This document shows, piece by piece, positions 1-14,824 of a stretch of DNA of 64,000 bases. Source of the stretch: the human T2T-CHM13v2.0 reference genome, Homo sapiens. Each line of letters starts with the position of its first letter. Within the stretch, counting starts at the first letter, position 1. The notes under the pieces are model-generated. The model was given only the letters and a program-made list of their open reading frames with translations. It made no database searches and was not told the DNA's origin. Made by a program: the position numbers and the translations under genes. The stretch lies in NCBI RefSeq assembly GCF_009914755.1, contig NC_060937.1; one strand, 5' to 3'.

Positions 1-140
1 CATGCTTTAAATGCAGGTGACCTTCGAACAAGAAAATTCCAGGAGAAAGACTGAGCTGTGAGTTGTCAGCAGCCAATACTAGCTGTGTGAATGAGGGCTT
101 TATCATAAAGCAGGAAGCATCATGGTTCCCACTACAGTAC
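1..140. mobile_element. Old MaLR (MLT1-like) LTR fragment
   Basis: 'ctgagctgtgagttgtcagcagccaatac' resembles MLT1-family LTR sequence and abuts ERVL/MaLR internal-like sequence. Boundaries approximate. Confidence 0.4.
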
Positions 141-448
141 CCACTTTGTCTCATTTTGATTCACATGTTTCTAGTAGCAAGCTCACCCTCACCTGGTTCA
201 GATTCTCTAAGATTCCATTTTGTCTCATATCCTGGGGAAATGAATAATGTGCATATTAGTGGGATGATTTACATCTTCTCTCTCTCCACTGCATTGTTCT
301 CAAGGATAACTATTGTTTCAACCTTCTTCTCACACTGGATGGCATCTTTGTTGATTTAGATGGCTTACCTGGGAGGTGAAGTTCTCTTTTGTCTATTAAT
401 AATGACCTCTTTAGTCTGTGGCTGATACACTTATCCATTTAAGATTAA

Positions 449-834
<386 letters not shown>

Positions 835-951
835 TCTTGCAGGCATTTTCTAATAATAACCCTGCCACTCACTGATGATTAGGCTGATTATCTTGTCAGT
901 ATGTTGATGCTTTTACTTGCAGGTCTCTGGTTACATGGTACTAGAAATGGC

Positions 952-1699
952 CATATGGCAACTGCCCAAGACCATGGGAACCCACCTCTTACATCAAGCA
1001 TGGCCAAGATGAGAGACATGAAGTCAAAGGAGATCATTTTGGAGTTTTAATATTTGACTGTCCCACTAGTTTTTGGACTTGCATGGGACCTGTAGCCCCT
1101 CAATTTTGGCCAATTTCTTCCATTTGGAATAGGTGTATTTACCCAATGCCTGTACCCCCACTGTATCTAAGAAGTAATTAACTTGTTTATGATTTTACAG
1201 GTTTCTTGCCTTGTCTCAGATGAAACTTTGGGACAGTGGACTTTTGAGTTAATGCTGAAATAAATTAAGACTTTCAGGACTCTTGGGAAGTCAAGATTGG
1301 TTTTAAAATGTGATGACATGAGATTTAGGATGGATTGGGGTGGAATGATATGGTTTGGCTGTGTCCCTACCAAAATCCTATCTTGAATTATAGCTCCCAT
1401 AATTCCCATGTGACATGGGAGGGACCTGGTGCGAGGTAATTGAATCACAGGGCAGGTCTTTCCCATGCTGTTCTCATGATAGTACATAAGTCTTATGAGG
1501 TCTGATCGTTTTTATAAAGGGAGTTCACCTGAGCAAGCTCTCTCTTGACTGCTGCCATGTAAGACGTCCATTGCTCTTCCTCCATGATTGTGAGGCCTTC
1601 CTAGCCACATAGAACTATGAGTACATTAAAACTCTTTGCTTTATAATTTACCCAGTCTTGGGTATGTGTTTATTAGCAGCATGAGAACAGACTAATACA
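952..1699 (+). mobile_element. THE1 remnant: 3' end of internal region (~958-1345) plus complete LTR (1346-1699)
   Basis: LTR runs tgatatggtttggctgtgtccc...agactaataca. The internal part matches the THE1 internal sequence at ~44320-44720 in this window. Confidence 0.9.
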
Positions 1700-2761
1700 G
1701 CGGCCATAGCTTAAAGTTCAGTGGGACTATTATTGTATCCTGTAGCAAAAGTGTCCCACCCTCTCCCTTTGGGAATGAGCGCCTCTATACCTACAGAGCC
1801 TAAGTTACAGGAATGAAAAGTACTGCCAGTGGGTCACTGGAAGGACAGAAAACAACTCTACATCTATTTACCCTTCCTGGTTTCTACTTTGGGAAAAAAG
1901 GACCATCTAAATGTTGGTGATTTATCCTGGAGGATGACACCCTCCCGAAATACCAATTCCTGACTTGCATCTCAGCTGTTGTGTTAAGAGGCCATTCCCT
2001 TCCCCTGCTTTGTCAGATCAATAGCTTTGAAGTTGCAATATTTGATGAGTAGTGCATTCCATCATTGTGTATCCGTGGCCACATCTCTGTTGTAAATGTT
2101 TCCTTTGATCGGAGGCATTGTTATGAGGCATTGCTATGAGTAGATCAGATATTCTGTTAGGACTTGAGGTAGTACATGTGAGGCTGGTGAGCAGGAAGGC
2201 AAAGTAAAAAATGTTCACCAATTTCATGCAAGATGGATTTTAACCCTTTCCAGGTTGTTAGGGGTCTAACGTAATCAGCTTACCAACAAGTGACTGATTT
2301 GTCTCTAAATAACAAGATGTCATCAACATTATAAATCAATGTGCTCGGCTAAAGAATATGCAGATATTAAAAAATGTCTTCATTTTTTGATCTTGCATTT
2401 GCTAGATCAATGGCAACTTATGATGTACTTGAGGCTATGTTAATCTGTTCTAGCAGAAACACATCTGTTATGGTACCTGCATGCCATATGGGCTAAAATT
2501 TGGATGAGTTTGTGATAGTAAACTCTTTTTTCTTTGGATCCACCTTTTTTTTTAAGGGGTCCAACTGGTTAATTAAATAGAGATATAATGGGGATCACTA
2601 GCCTCATCTTTAAGGGGTCATTTCCTTCTGGGTGTGATAAAAATTTGGTTGTTTCTCCTGGCTGGCAAAGAGGGGCAGACTCAGAGATTTCCATTTTGCC
2701 TTCACAATCATAATGGCTATGACCACACAGGTAAGTAAACTGTTATGAAATTGCTGCTACC

Positions 2762-3247
2762 TGTCAAGAACTGCAAATAAACTGAGCTTTTACCCTACAT
2801 GCAAGCTAACACAAAGGATGCAAGGCTTGTGCCTCAGAGGCAAATAACTCGATTATACACAGTAGAGCAAACAGAATGAGCTTCAATGTTTACACAAGTT
2901 CCCTGCTCTCCAAGTCCTACAGGGGCAATGCAGAGTGGTCTAAGTGGGCTCAACACATGCAATGGGCTTGTTTCACAGTAGAGGAACATCAAGCTTGGAA
3001 GAACACATATTTCTGATACTGAGTAGTTTGCATACCTTTGCTTGCCCTGAGTGGAGACATTTTCTTTATTAAATTAGGCAATAAACAAACTGGTCCTATA
3101 CTTCAAAATGAGGCAGTATCTCATTCAGCAAAACGTATTTGCTTGTACAATTATCCTTGAAAAGTTATCACAGAACAAAGCAACCAATCCCTCTGCTCTC
3201 AATACATGCAGTAATGTGGGAGACTGATGGGAAATTTTCTTTCAAAA
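2762..3247. mobile_element. Solitary ERVL-class LTR, subfamily unresolved
   Basis: Starts tgtcaagaactg...ttttaccctacatgcaagctaac, a recalled old LTR terminus. About 490 bp. Confidence 0.5.
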
Positions 3248-6200
3248 CTATTAAAAAGCTATAATAGAATAATCCAATTCAAGTTCTGAAAAATCACCAA
3301 GGATTAGCTACCTAAATACAGTGGACCAACTATAAACCAGACGTAGGCCAGGATTTCATTTATGATTTTGCTCTTATGTGTTCTGATTTTAAAAGTTGAC
3401 TATCCTGATGCTTCCAGTCTTCAGGAATTGATGTCAAGTTAGGACCTATCTTTAACAGTCCTTAAAATATCTGGTAATTTTCTATTTCCCATTGTCTGGT
3501 AACATGAGTAAATGCCATGGATATTTTGGTGGGAGAGTGGGGAGAACCTGGGACAATCATTACAACAGGAACCTACTGTGGTGTTGCAGTGTCCTTCCTC
3601 CTGGGCACCTTGCTTCTCCCTTTGCCACCTCTAAAATCTGGTCCAAGTTTTCAAGCTGAGTAGGAAATAATGAGTTCCTGTTAACCCAACTTCCCTCATC
3701 TAGCTAATTATCAATCTTTGATTGCTTTTGATTTTGTCAATTAAGCAGTACTTATTTGGCTACTGATTTACCTTGTCCTAAGCAACACCATGTTTTGTTT
3801 CTTGTCTGGTTTCTTTGAGTAGATTCCCCCTAGTTTGCACTGTGGTCTTATAACTTGTTATGATAATTGAACCCATCTAAATTCGGACATTTAAATGCTG
3901 CCATGTGGCTTCAAGATACCGTTCCTTTTATTATTAGGAAATCCGGTTATGTAATAACATCCGTTATTATCAGCCTTTTTCTGCAAATACACACTCATTA
4001 CTGAGCTTCTTAACCATGCTGGTATCCCTTTCTTTAGGAAATTCCTTGATACTTCAGTAAGTAATGTGCCCTCTGAGTCCTCTCCTGGATAGTAGTCTCA
4101 CAGTGGATGTTGTGAGGTTACAAAGTAAATCCAGTTAGCATGATACATTATTTGTACCTTTTGATCCTTTCCTCCATTGTTTTCTATTCTAGAATTTCTG
4201 TATCATTTAGAGGAAGCCATTGCTTTCCCCAGACTTCCAAATCTCATCTCCTCTCTGGATCTTTATTAGAGTAATAAATCAAGAATCCTGGGAGAGTATG
4301 TTATATTAATAGACTTTCCTATTTCCAACTTTATGTTTCATCCCCCTTTGATCATCATCCTCAGATCTCATTTCTATACATAGTCTCCTGGCTCTAGCCC
4401 ATATATGTTGGCTTGTTCTGTAGCTTTTGTTGGCTTTTAGTTCCTTTTCTTCCTTAGCAAAACTGGCATTTCCCCAACCTGGCTGTGTTAGTTATGTATC
4501 TTATGACCAGGAGGGAAAATGGGAATAGATTCCAAGGAAGTTTATGTTTTCTTTCAAGGCAGATGACTCCACATCATGTTCAAGCCAGGGTAGGGAAGGG
4601 TCTGGCCTTTAATAGGGAAGAATGAACCACTTCAGCCCTCTAAGAGAGTTGAGAAGGATCTGGAGTCTTGATGATTTTCAAATGAACTCATCTGAATTCT
4701 CAGGGTCTTCTTCCTTCATAATCAGGACCTTGATTTTTTTGTAAGATATTGGATTGGGTGAAGGATTCTAACATCACTGGAGCTCTGCTACTCTCAAGTC
4801 TGATGTCTACATTAGATGCTCAACTTCTTTAGCGCTCTGAATGTAGAAATGAGATTAGCTTTGTAATCTACAAAAGAATTCCGTTTGTTTCCAAACATAA
4901 TATTAAGTCAGCCTTTAATTGACTTTCCATTGTGCATGAATAGTATCCAACAACACCTATATGATTCCATAGTCTTTGCAATTACTATTTCCTTCATACC
5001 TTTCAAATGTATAAAATATTACTCTAGCCAGTTAATTCTCATCATAGTTATCTCACTTGAGTTCAACACCAGTGAGAATTTTAACAATTGCACTGCTATG
5101 TAATTCCAAGGACACTCAGAACTTCTGTCTACTCTCAATGATATTTTTATGATTAATACACCATAAGTTCAAGACATCACAGAAATTGACAAAGCTCAAT
5201 AAAATTCCACTCACATATACAATAATAATAATATGGCTTTAAAAGTTATTACATGTTAAATGTTTAAAGACAACAAAACAAACGAAAACTTCCCAAACCT
5301 TCAAGCCAAAAGTACCAATAAGTTTTTATTTTATTTTCACCAGTGGTTAGAGTCCTACTCTTTTCCATAAATAAGTTCAATTATTAAATATTAAATTAAA
5401 ACTTTGAGACAAGAAGTTAGCCTTTACTTGACATTATTGTTCTAACTCACTATTTGACCAACAGGAAATCCTGTCAGTTTACAAAAGCAGTGAAGTTATT
5501 TCCAAAGCAGCATAACAAAAAGATTCTGGAAAGGGTTAGAAAAGCAAGAGGTCAGAATTACACATTTATCTTTTCAGAAGCTAAAAAAGTTATCCTTATA
5601 TTTTCATTGAAATGTTTCCTCTGCTAAATTTTAATTTTCTCATTCAGTCTTCCTTAATTTCACTGTGAATGATAAAGGAAGAGGAAGGGAATGAGGGAGA
5701 AAAAAGGGACAAAGAAAGAGGGAGGAGAAATAACTTCTTAACTTGAAGGTCAGCTTCTCTTTCCTTAGTATCTTTAGCAAAGATTGTTTCATGTCTACTG
5801 GTATTGTTATGGACACAGAGTCGTCAGGCACTTTCCATAGTCATCGATGAGTAGCAGTAGGTCTTTGAGTCCTGCAGTGAAGAACTCTATTACTGCCATC
5901 TTCTTCAGATGGCTGTCCCATTTGGCAAATATTCTGCATGACTGCTATTGAGCTTCCATCTGTCACAGCTCAATCCAACATTTAGGACAGGCACTTTAAA
6001 AGGGCAATTGCTCTACTGTCTAGTGGACTTAAAAAATAAAGAGAAAGAAAACACTGTGGGTGTTTACATTAAATAAAAACAGAAGCTCATTTATTGAGTA
6101 CTTCTTACAGGCAAAGCATTCTACATATGCTTCACTTTTAATTAATGTAAAAATCCTATAATAGAACCATTAATTGCTAAGGGAAACCTGCCTCATAAAT

Positions 6201-6508
6201 TAATACATTTCAAAATAGAATTCCAATCTGAAACTATGTATTTAAAAGCAACTCTTCATCTTGGCTATAGTTTTTCAAACACTTAAGACTTAATGTTATT
6301 TTTAGGATATATTAAAAATTTTCATTTAAAAATATCAATTCCATTTTCTATTCATTTTCCTGAATCCATGTCTTTAGGCTGTGGCCACTCTTGAGTACTT
6401 TTTATCTGAGTCTATTTCGTTCAGTTCTTAAATAGTTGGCCTTATTTTTGTAAAATATAGATTGCTTTAGCCATTTTTTTCCCTTTGTTTCAGTTCTATT
6501 TTTTTTAA

Positions 6509-6909
<401 letters not shown>

Positions 6910-7500
6910 TGACTGTAATAACTGATAAAAAATTCTGATTTTTTAAAATGTAAAAACATATAAGTCTAGTCACTGCAGAAATCAGAAAATTTTGTGTTAT
7001 CATTTAAGTAAGAAAATTACCCAAAGTTGAAAATTTTAACATATAATTTAGTTCCTCTACATTTTTAATGCACACACTTAGGTGTCATTATTCAGTACAT
7101 AAACCTCTCAAATTCAATAAAAATCAGATAGCACATGTTCTGAAAAAATAAAAGGGAAGTGTTAAAACCAATTAAATCAATGATCCTTGAGCCACAGATA
7201 GGCTATAGGTGTAAATTGTAATGGAGCAAAGCTCTATCAGTTCCAACATCTACCATAACACTCATAAAATACAGTATGACTGACAAATAATGCATAATAA
7301 AAACATTAACATGACAAATAAAAATGTATAAATTGAAACATGTTTAAATAGTATTTAACAAAAATACATGTGCATGTTAACATTAATTTTAATATTAGAT
7401 TCAAACTACTTTTTTTGTTTAATTAACATGGCTAAAAACATTAAACTGTCACTAGTTATATTTTTAGTTGTTTTTATCAAAGAATCTGCCCATTGGTGCT

Positions 7501-7920
7501 TGATATAGTTTGAAGGTGTGTTCCCGCCCAAATCTCACATGGAAATGTAATCTCCAATGTTGGAGGTAGGGCCTGATAGGAGGCGATTGCATCATGAGGA
7601 TGGATTTCTCATGAATGGTTTACTTTAGCACAATCTTCCTTGGTACTGTCCTCAGGATAGTGAGTTCTCCCGCGATCTGGTCATTTACGAGTGTGTAGCA
7701 CTTCCTCCCCTTGTTCTCTTGCTCCTGCTCTTGCCATTTGACCTGCAAGCTCCTGCTTCACCATCTACCTTGATTGTAAGCTTCCAGAGGCTTCCACAGA
7801 AACAGATGCTGCTATGCTTCCTGTACAGCCTGCAGAACCATGAAGCAATTAAACTTCTTTTTAAGTAATTTCCCCAGTCTCAGGTATTTCTTTAGAGCAA
7901 TGCAGTATCAGCCTCATACG
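7501..7920 (+). mobile_element. MST (MSTB-like) solo LTR
   Basis: tgatatagtttg...aaatctcac...ccagtctcaggtatttctttagagcaatgc. Near-perfect 5-bp TSD gtgct/gtgat. Confidence 0.9.
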
Positions 7921-7943
7921 GTGATTTACAATTTAGACATTTC

Positions 7944-9820
7944 TTTTAAAAAATTTTGTTCTACTTTAAGTTCCAGGATACATGTGCAGAACATGCAAGT
8001 TTGTTACATAGGTATACACGTGCCATGGTGGTTTGCTGCACCTATTGACCTGTCATCTAGGTTCCCTCCCCTTGCCCCCCACACCCCAACAGACCCCAGT
8101 GTGCGTTGTTCTCCTCCCTGTGTCCATGTCTTCTCAGTGTTCAACTCCCACTTATGAGTGAGAACATGCAGTGTTTGCTTTTCTGTTCCTGTCTTAGTTT
8201 CCTGAGGATGATGGCTTCCAGCTTCATCCATGTCCCTGCAAAGGACATGATCTCATTCCATTTTACAGCTGCATAGTGTTTCATGGTATATATAGGCCAC
8301 ATTTTCTTTATCCAGTCTATCATTGATGGACATTTGGGTTGGTTCCATGTCTTTGCTATTGTAAATATTGCTGCAATATACATGTGTGTGCATGTGTCTT
8401 TATGGTAGAATGATTTATATTCCTTTGGGTATATACCAACTAATGAGACTGCTGTGTCAAATTGTACTTCTGGTTCTAGATCCTTGAAGAATCGCCACGC
8501 TGTCTTCCACAATGGTTGAACTAATTTACACTCCCACCAACAGTGTAAAAGTGTTTCTATTTCTCCACAGCCTTCCTAGCATCTATTGTTTCTTGACTTT
8601 TTAATAATCACCATTCTGACAGGTGTGAGTTGGTATCTCATTGTGGTTTTGATTTGCATTTCTCTAATGATCAGTAACGTTCAGCTTTTTTTTTATGTTT
8701 GCTGGCTGCACAAATGTCTTCTTTTGAGAAGTGTCTGTTCATATCCTTCACCCACTTTTTGATGGGATTGTTTGTTTTTTCTTGTAAATTGTTTAAGTTC
8801 CTTGCAAATTCTGAATATTAGACTTTTGTCAGAGGGATAGATTGTAAAAATTTTCTCCCATTCTGTAGGTTGCTTGTCCACTCTGATGATAGTTTATCTT
8901 GCTGTGCAGAGGCTGTTCAGTTTAATTAGATCCCATTTGTCAATTTTGGCTTTTGTTGCAATTGCTTTCAACGTTTTTGTCATGGAGTCTTTGCCCATGC
9001 CTATGACCTGAAAGGTATTCCCTAGGCTTTCTTCTAGGGTTTTTATGGTTTTGGGTTTTACATTCAAGTCTTTAATCCATCTTGAGTTAATTTTTGTATG
9101 AGGTGTAAGGAAGGGGTCCAGTTTCAGCTTTCTGCATACGGCTAGCCAGTTTTCCCAGCACTATTTATTGCATAGGAAATTCTTTTCCCAATGCTTGTTT
9201 TTGTCAGGTTTGTCAAAGATCAGATGGTTGTAGATATGTGGTATTATTTCTGATATTCTCTTCTGTTCCATTGATCTATGTGTCTGTTTTGGTACCAGTA
9301 CTATGCTGCTTTGTTTTCTGTAGCCTTGTAGTATAGTTTGAAGTCAGGTAGCATGATGCCTCCAGCTTTGTTCTTTTTGCTTAGGATTGTCTTGATTATA
9401 CAGCTTCTTCTTTGGTTTCATATGAAATTTAAGGTAGTTTTTTTCTATTTCTGTGAAGAATGTCAATGGTAGTTTGATGGAAATTGCATTGAATCTATAA
9501 ATTACGTCGGGCAGTATGGCCATTTTTGCAATATTGATTCCTCCTATCCATGAGGATGGAATGTTTTTCCATTTATTGTGTCCTCTCTTAGTTCCTTGAG
9601 CAGTTCTCCTTGAAGAGGTCCTTTACATTGCTTGTTAGCTGTATTCCTGGGTATTTTATTCTCTTTGTAGCAATTGTAAATGGGAGTTCATTAATGATCT
9701 GGCTCTCTGCTTGTCTAGTGTTGGTACATAGGAATGCTTGTGATTTTTGCACATTGTTTTTGTATCCTGAGACTTTGCTGAAGTTGCTTATCAGCTTAAG
9801 GAGTTTGGGGCTAAGATGAT
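7944..9820 (-). mobile_element. L1PA 3' portion (ORF2 C-terminal part + 3' UTR)
   Basis: ORF2p fragments on the minus strand (e.g. 8141-8512 'GIYPKEYKSFY...TWNQPKCPSMIDWIKKMW'); L1PA 3' UTR at the left end. Frames disrupted. Confidence 0.95.
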
Positions 9821-10924
9821 CCTCAGCAAATGCAAAAGAGCTGAAATCATAACAAAGAACAGTCTCTCAGGCCACAGTGCGATAAATTAGAACTCAGGAT
9901 TAAATAACTCACTCAAAACCACACAATTACATGGAAATTGAGCAACCTCCTTCTGAATGACTCCCGGGTAAATAATGAAATTAAGGCAGAAATCAAGAAC
10001 TTCTTTGAAAACAATGAGAACAAAGAGACAATATACCAGAATCTCTGGGACACAGCTAAAATAGTGTTAAGAGGGACATTTATAGCACTAAATGCCCACA
10101 TCGCAAAGCTAGAAATATCTCAGATCAACACTCTAACATCACAATTAAAATAACTAGAGAAGCAAAAGCAAACTAATCTGAAAGCTAACAGAAGAAATAA
10201 CTAAGATCAGAGCAGAACTGAAGGAGATAGAGACACGAAAAAGCCTCCAAAAAATCAATGAACCCAGGAGCTGTTTTTTGAAAAACAATTAACAAAATAG
10301 ATAGACCATCAGCTAGCCTAATAAAGAAGAAAAGAGAGAAGAATCAAACTGACACAATAACAAATAATAAAGGGGTTATCACACCGACCCCACAGAAATA
10401 TAAACTACCATCAGAGAGTACTATAAGCACCTCTATGCAAATAAACTAGAAAATCTAGAAGAAATGGATAAATTCCTGGACACATACATCCTCTCAAGAC
10501 TAAACCAGGAAGAAGTCCGCTCCCTGAATAGACTAATAGCAAGTTCTGAAATTGAAGCAGTAATTAATAGCCTACCAACCATAAAAAACCCAGAACCAGA
10601 TGGATTCACAGCCAAATTCTACCAGAGGTACAAAGAGGAGCTGGTACCATTCCTTCTGAAACTATTTCAAACAATTGAAAAGGACGGACTTCTCCCTAAC
10701 TCATTTTATGAGGTTAACATCATCCTGATACCAAAACTTGACAGAGACACAACAAAAAAAGAAAATTTCAGGCCAATATCCCTGACGAACATCTATGTGA
10801 ACATCCTCGGTAAAATACTGGCAAACCGAATCCAGCAGCACATCAAAAAACCTATCCACCATGATCAAGGCAGCTTCATCCCTGGGATGCAACGCTGGTT
10901 CAACATATGCAAATCAATAAATAT
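9821..10924 (+). mobile_element. Inverted 5' segment of the same L1PA (ORF2 region from endonuclease end to RT start)
   Basis: ORF 10464-10931 'MDKFLDTY...[18 protein letters not shown]...NFRPISL' is ORF2p. Degenerate TSD aatttagacatttc (7930-7943) / aatttgaacatttc (10925-10938). Confidence 0.93.
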
Positions 10925-11935
10925 AATTTGAACATTTCAAATGCAGAGTATATTTGAGAGTTTTACTTTGAAATAGTCTTAACTATTTTAATTTCTATAT
11001 GCAAACTACATACATATGTAATTTAAATAAAATAATAAAGTTTAATAAGAATTATTTAAACTTGGTTTTGATTCACTCATTTATCAATATATGAGACAAA
11101 ATATAACAAAAGGAGAGGTTCACTTAGATTAAGATATATCTTTTAAAATTTGAAATAAACAGAGCTTACTCAGAAGTGAAAACATTCCTGTAACACATAT
11201 TTCTTAAGCCAATTAAAAATTTCATAATCCTGGGAAAAAATAATGACTTGTAAATGACAATGCATAGCACATACCTCTATACTCAAACAAGTTTGCATAT
11301 GCTATAGAAAAAAAAAGACATAATGCTATCAGAAGAATATATATTGAGACATAAAAAATAAAGAGCAGAACATTGCAAATTGTTTCGCAAATTTCATATT
11401 AATGCTTGTTCCACCTTCTCACCATATTTTTGTTTGGTTTTTTGGTTTTAGGAAAGTTTGTGTTGTAAATAATAGCTTCAAAAATTCTATGATAATTAAG
11501 GAAAATTTTAAATATCCAAGGTCACTAAAAGTCAGAGAAGACTATAAGCATGTGTATTTGAGCCACATGGTTCCAGATTGTCAAACTAAATAAGGACCAG
11601 ATTTTAGAGCTACTTACTTGGAATAGGCAGATTAAATTACAGGATTGGAAAAAATTTAGAAAATATTATTTACTTTTGTCTTGCTCAGAGTAAATATTAT
11701 GCTCAAAGGTAAATATGCTGAGTAACTCTCAGGGTGAGTTTAGCTATCAGATATGTCCTCTTATTTGAAATTTCTTCAAAATGGTTTGTCACAATTTGTT
11801 TAATGTCCTTAGGGCTCTAAAAATTTTGCTTTAATGTATTCAAGATAATTTTTAATATTAGCATTCGAGTAGTTTGTAAAGTGTCAAATTGCGTAGGCTA
11901 ACATCAATACTCAGAATTCCCTTCTCTGTATGTTT

Positions 11936-12535
<600 letters not shown>

Positions 12536-13284
12536 AAACATACAGAGAAGGGAATTCTCAGTAATGATGTCAGCCTATCCAATTTGACACATTACAAACC
12601 ACTCCAATGATCATATTAAAAGTTATCTTGAACTTATTAAAGCAAAATTTGGAGGTGCCACAGAAATGTTTTGTATAAGATTTGAAGTGAAAGTGAAGCA
12701 TCAGCCATGATGTTTGCACACTTGGAAGGTCAGTACATGGTCACCAAGTGCTATTACAGAACATACGTGTTGTGACACATCTCCAGGCTCACCTCCATTT
12801 CACAGCAGAGTCTGCAACTGCTCCACTACATTTTTGGAAACTCCTTAAGCTTCTGTGACTTTGGGGTCAGGTCATGTGTATAGCTCTGTGATGATGCATT
12901 CCTGTTTCTCCAACAAAGAGCACCAACACATACCATCATAAAAATTGGAATCCGAGAGACATTGACATGGGTGCAAATCCATCCTTGAGAGATTATGTTC
13001 TCTCCACCCCTTTATATTGTCTTTTCTTCACAACTGCCTGCTCTGCAGACTTTAAGTCCTAGCATCAGACACGAAGAGATGCTACAAAAAATAGTAAATA
13101 ATAGTAAATAAGTATGTTTGTGTTGGGGAGTGTTCCTGATCTGAATTCTGATTGATACAATATTAAATAGCAATTACAAGATACTATTCAAGAGACTTTC
13201 AGTAAAAGCCTTTTATAACTTGCTCTTGTGTTGAATTAAATGATAAAATTTATTCTTAAAGTAGTGAGTTTTCAAGATTTCACA

Positions 13285-14360
13285 TACTAATAAATGAGTT
13301 TAGCAATGTGGCAGGATATAAGATTTTTTATGAAAGTATAATTAACAAATAAAAATTAAAATTATATATATAAAACATGGTATTTTGATATATGTATACA
13401 TTGTAAAATAGTTAAATCAAGCTAATTAGCATGTCTATCACCTCACATACTTATCAGTTTTTGTGGTGAGAACATTTAAAACCAGAACTCTCTTAATAAT
13501 TTTCAAGTATAAAGTACATTATCTCATAGTCACTATGATATACAATAAATCTCCTGAATTAGTCCTCTTTTCTAACTGTAACTTTATATCCTTTGACCAA
13601 CATTTTTCCATTCCCCTCACCTCTAGCCCCTGGCAAACCAACCTATGCTGTTTCTATGAGCTCAACTTTTTTAGATTCCAGTTACAAGTGATCATGCAAT
13701 ATTTGTCTTTCTGCGACTGGCTTATCTCACTTAGCATAATATCCCCCAGCTTCATCCATGTTGTCCCAAATGACAGGATTTCCTTCTTTTTAAAGGCTGA
13801 ATAGTATTTCATTGTGTGTGTGTGTGTGTGTGTGTGCGTGTGTGTGTGCATGTGTGTAATTTTTTTTATTCATTCATCTATCAATGAGCACTTTGGTTGA
13901 TTCTGTACCTTGGCTATTGAGAATAGTGCTGCAGTGAACATAAGATTGCTAATATCTCTTAAAAATACTGATTTTAATTCCTTTGCATATATGTTTAATA
14001 GCAGGATTGCTGCATCATATGGTAGTTCTATTTTTAATTTTTTTTAGTAACTCTCATACTATTTTCCTTAGTGGTTCTCACCAACATTATGCAATGGTTC
14101 TTGTTTCTCCATCACAGAATATAAGATTGATACAAAAAAATCAATTCTACTTCTATACAGTAACAGTGAACACTCTGAAATAAAATTTTAAAATATTCTA
14201 CTAATAATAACAGCAAAAATCATATACTATCCAAGAATAAATTTAAGAAAAAAATGCAAAACTTATTCCCTGGAATCTACAAAACATTGTTGAAAAAGAA
14301 AAGAAGACCTGAAAAAATAGAAAGATAATCATTAAAAATTGAGTGTTTAAAATATAACCA
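13285..14360 (+). mobile_element. Old L1M ORF2 fragment (host), split by an L1MA
   Basis: 'actaataaatgagtttagcaatgtggcaggatataagat' continues after 14115 as 'tacaaaaaaatcaattctacttctatac'. Confidence 0.75.
13326..14114 (-). mobile_element. L1MA 3' end with internal (TG)n at ~13813-13857
   Basis: ORF2 C-terminus 'YYSAFKKKEILSFGTTWMKLGDIMLSEISQSQKDKYCM'. TSD caggatataagatt (13312-13325) / cagaatataagatt (14115-14128). Confidence 0.88.
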
Positions 14361-14659
14361 AATTTGTCATTGATATTGCCACCTCTACCTCCACATTCAC
14401 CTCTATTGTGCACTGTAGATTTTTCTATAATTAGAATTATCTATAGACTAATGTCTATCTCAGTCTTCCCCTTCCTGCCTTTTCTATTCTTTTCTTTTTA
14501 CACATTGTTATTCAAGGGAATATTAAATTATCTTATTTTTCTTAACCAAGTTCTGAATCAATTTAGAATACTAAAGGACAAAACACATGGAAGCCTGTGT
14601 TATCTGACATATATTAGAAAAGATGGCATTTGTAGGCAATTGGAATCAAAATACTGATA

Positions 14660-14795
14660 TTTTTTTAAATATTTTTAGTAGAGACAGGGTTTTACCATAT
14701 TGGCCAGGCTGGTCTCGAACTCTTTACCTTGTGATCCACCTGCCCTCAGCCTCCCAAAGTGCTGGGATTACAGGCGTGAGCCACTGCACCCAGCC
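14660..14795 (-). mobile_element. Isolated Alu left arm
   Basis: atttttagtagagacaggg...ccactgcacccagcc with no right arm. Confidence 0.9.
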
Positions 14796-14824
14796 CTGTA
14801 GCAACTTTTCATCAGACATAGACA

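Noticed and set aside
958-1699. Segmental duplication with 44320-45153
   Set aside because: The similarity is shared THE1 family membership and the flanks are unrelated.
10464-10931. 155-aa RT-like ORF as a functional gene
   Set aside because: It is a fragment of L1 ORF2 in a truncated, inverted copy that lacks the catalytic motif.
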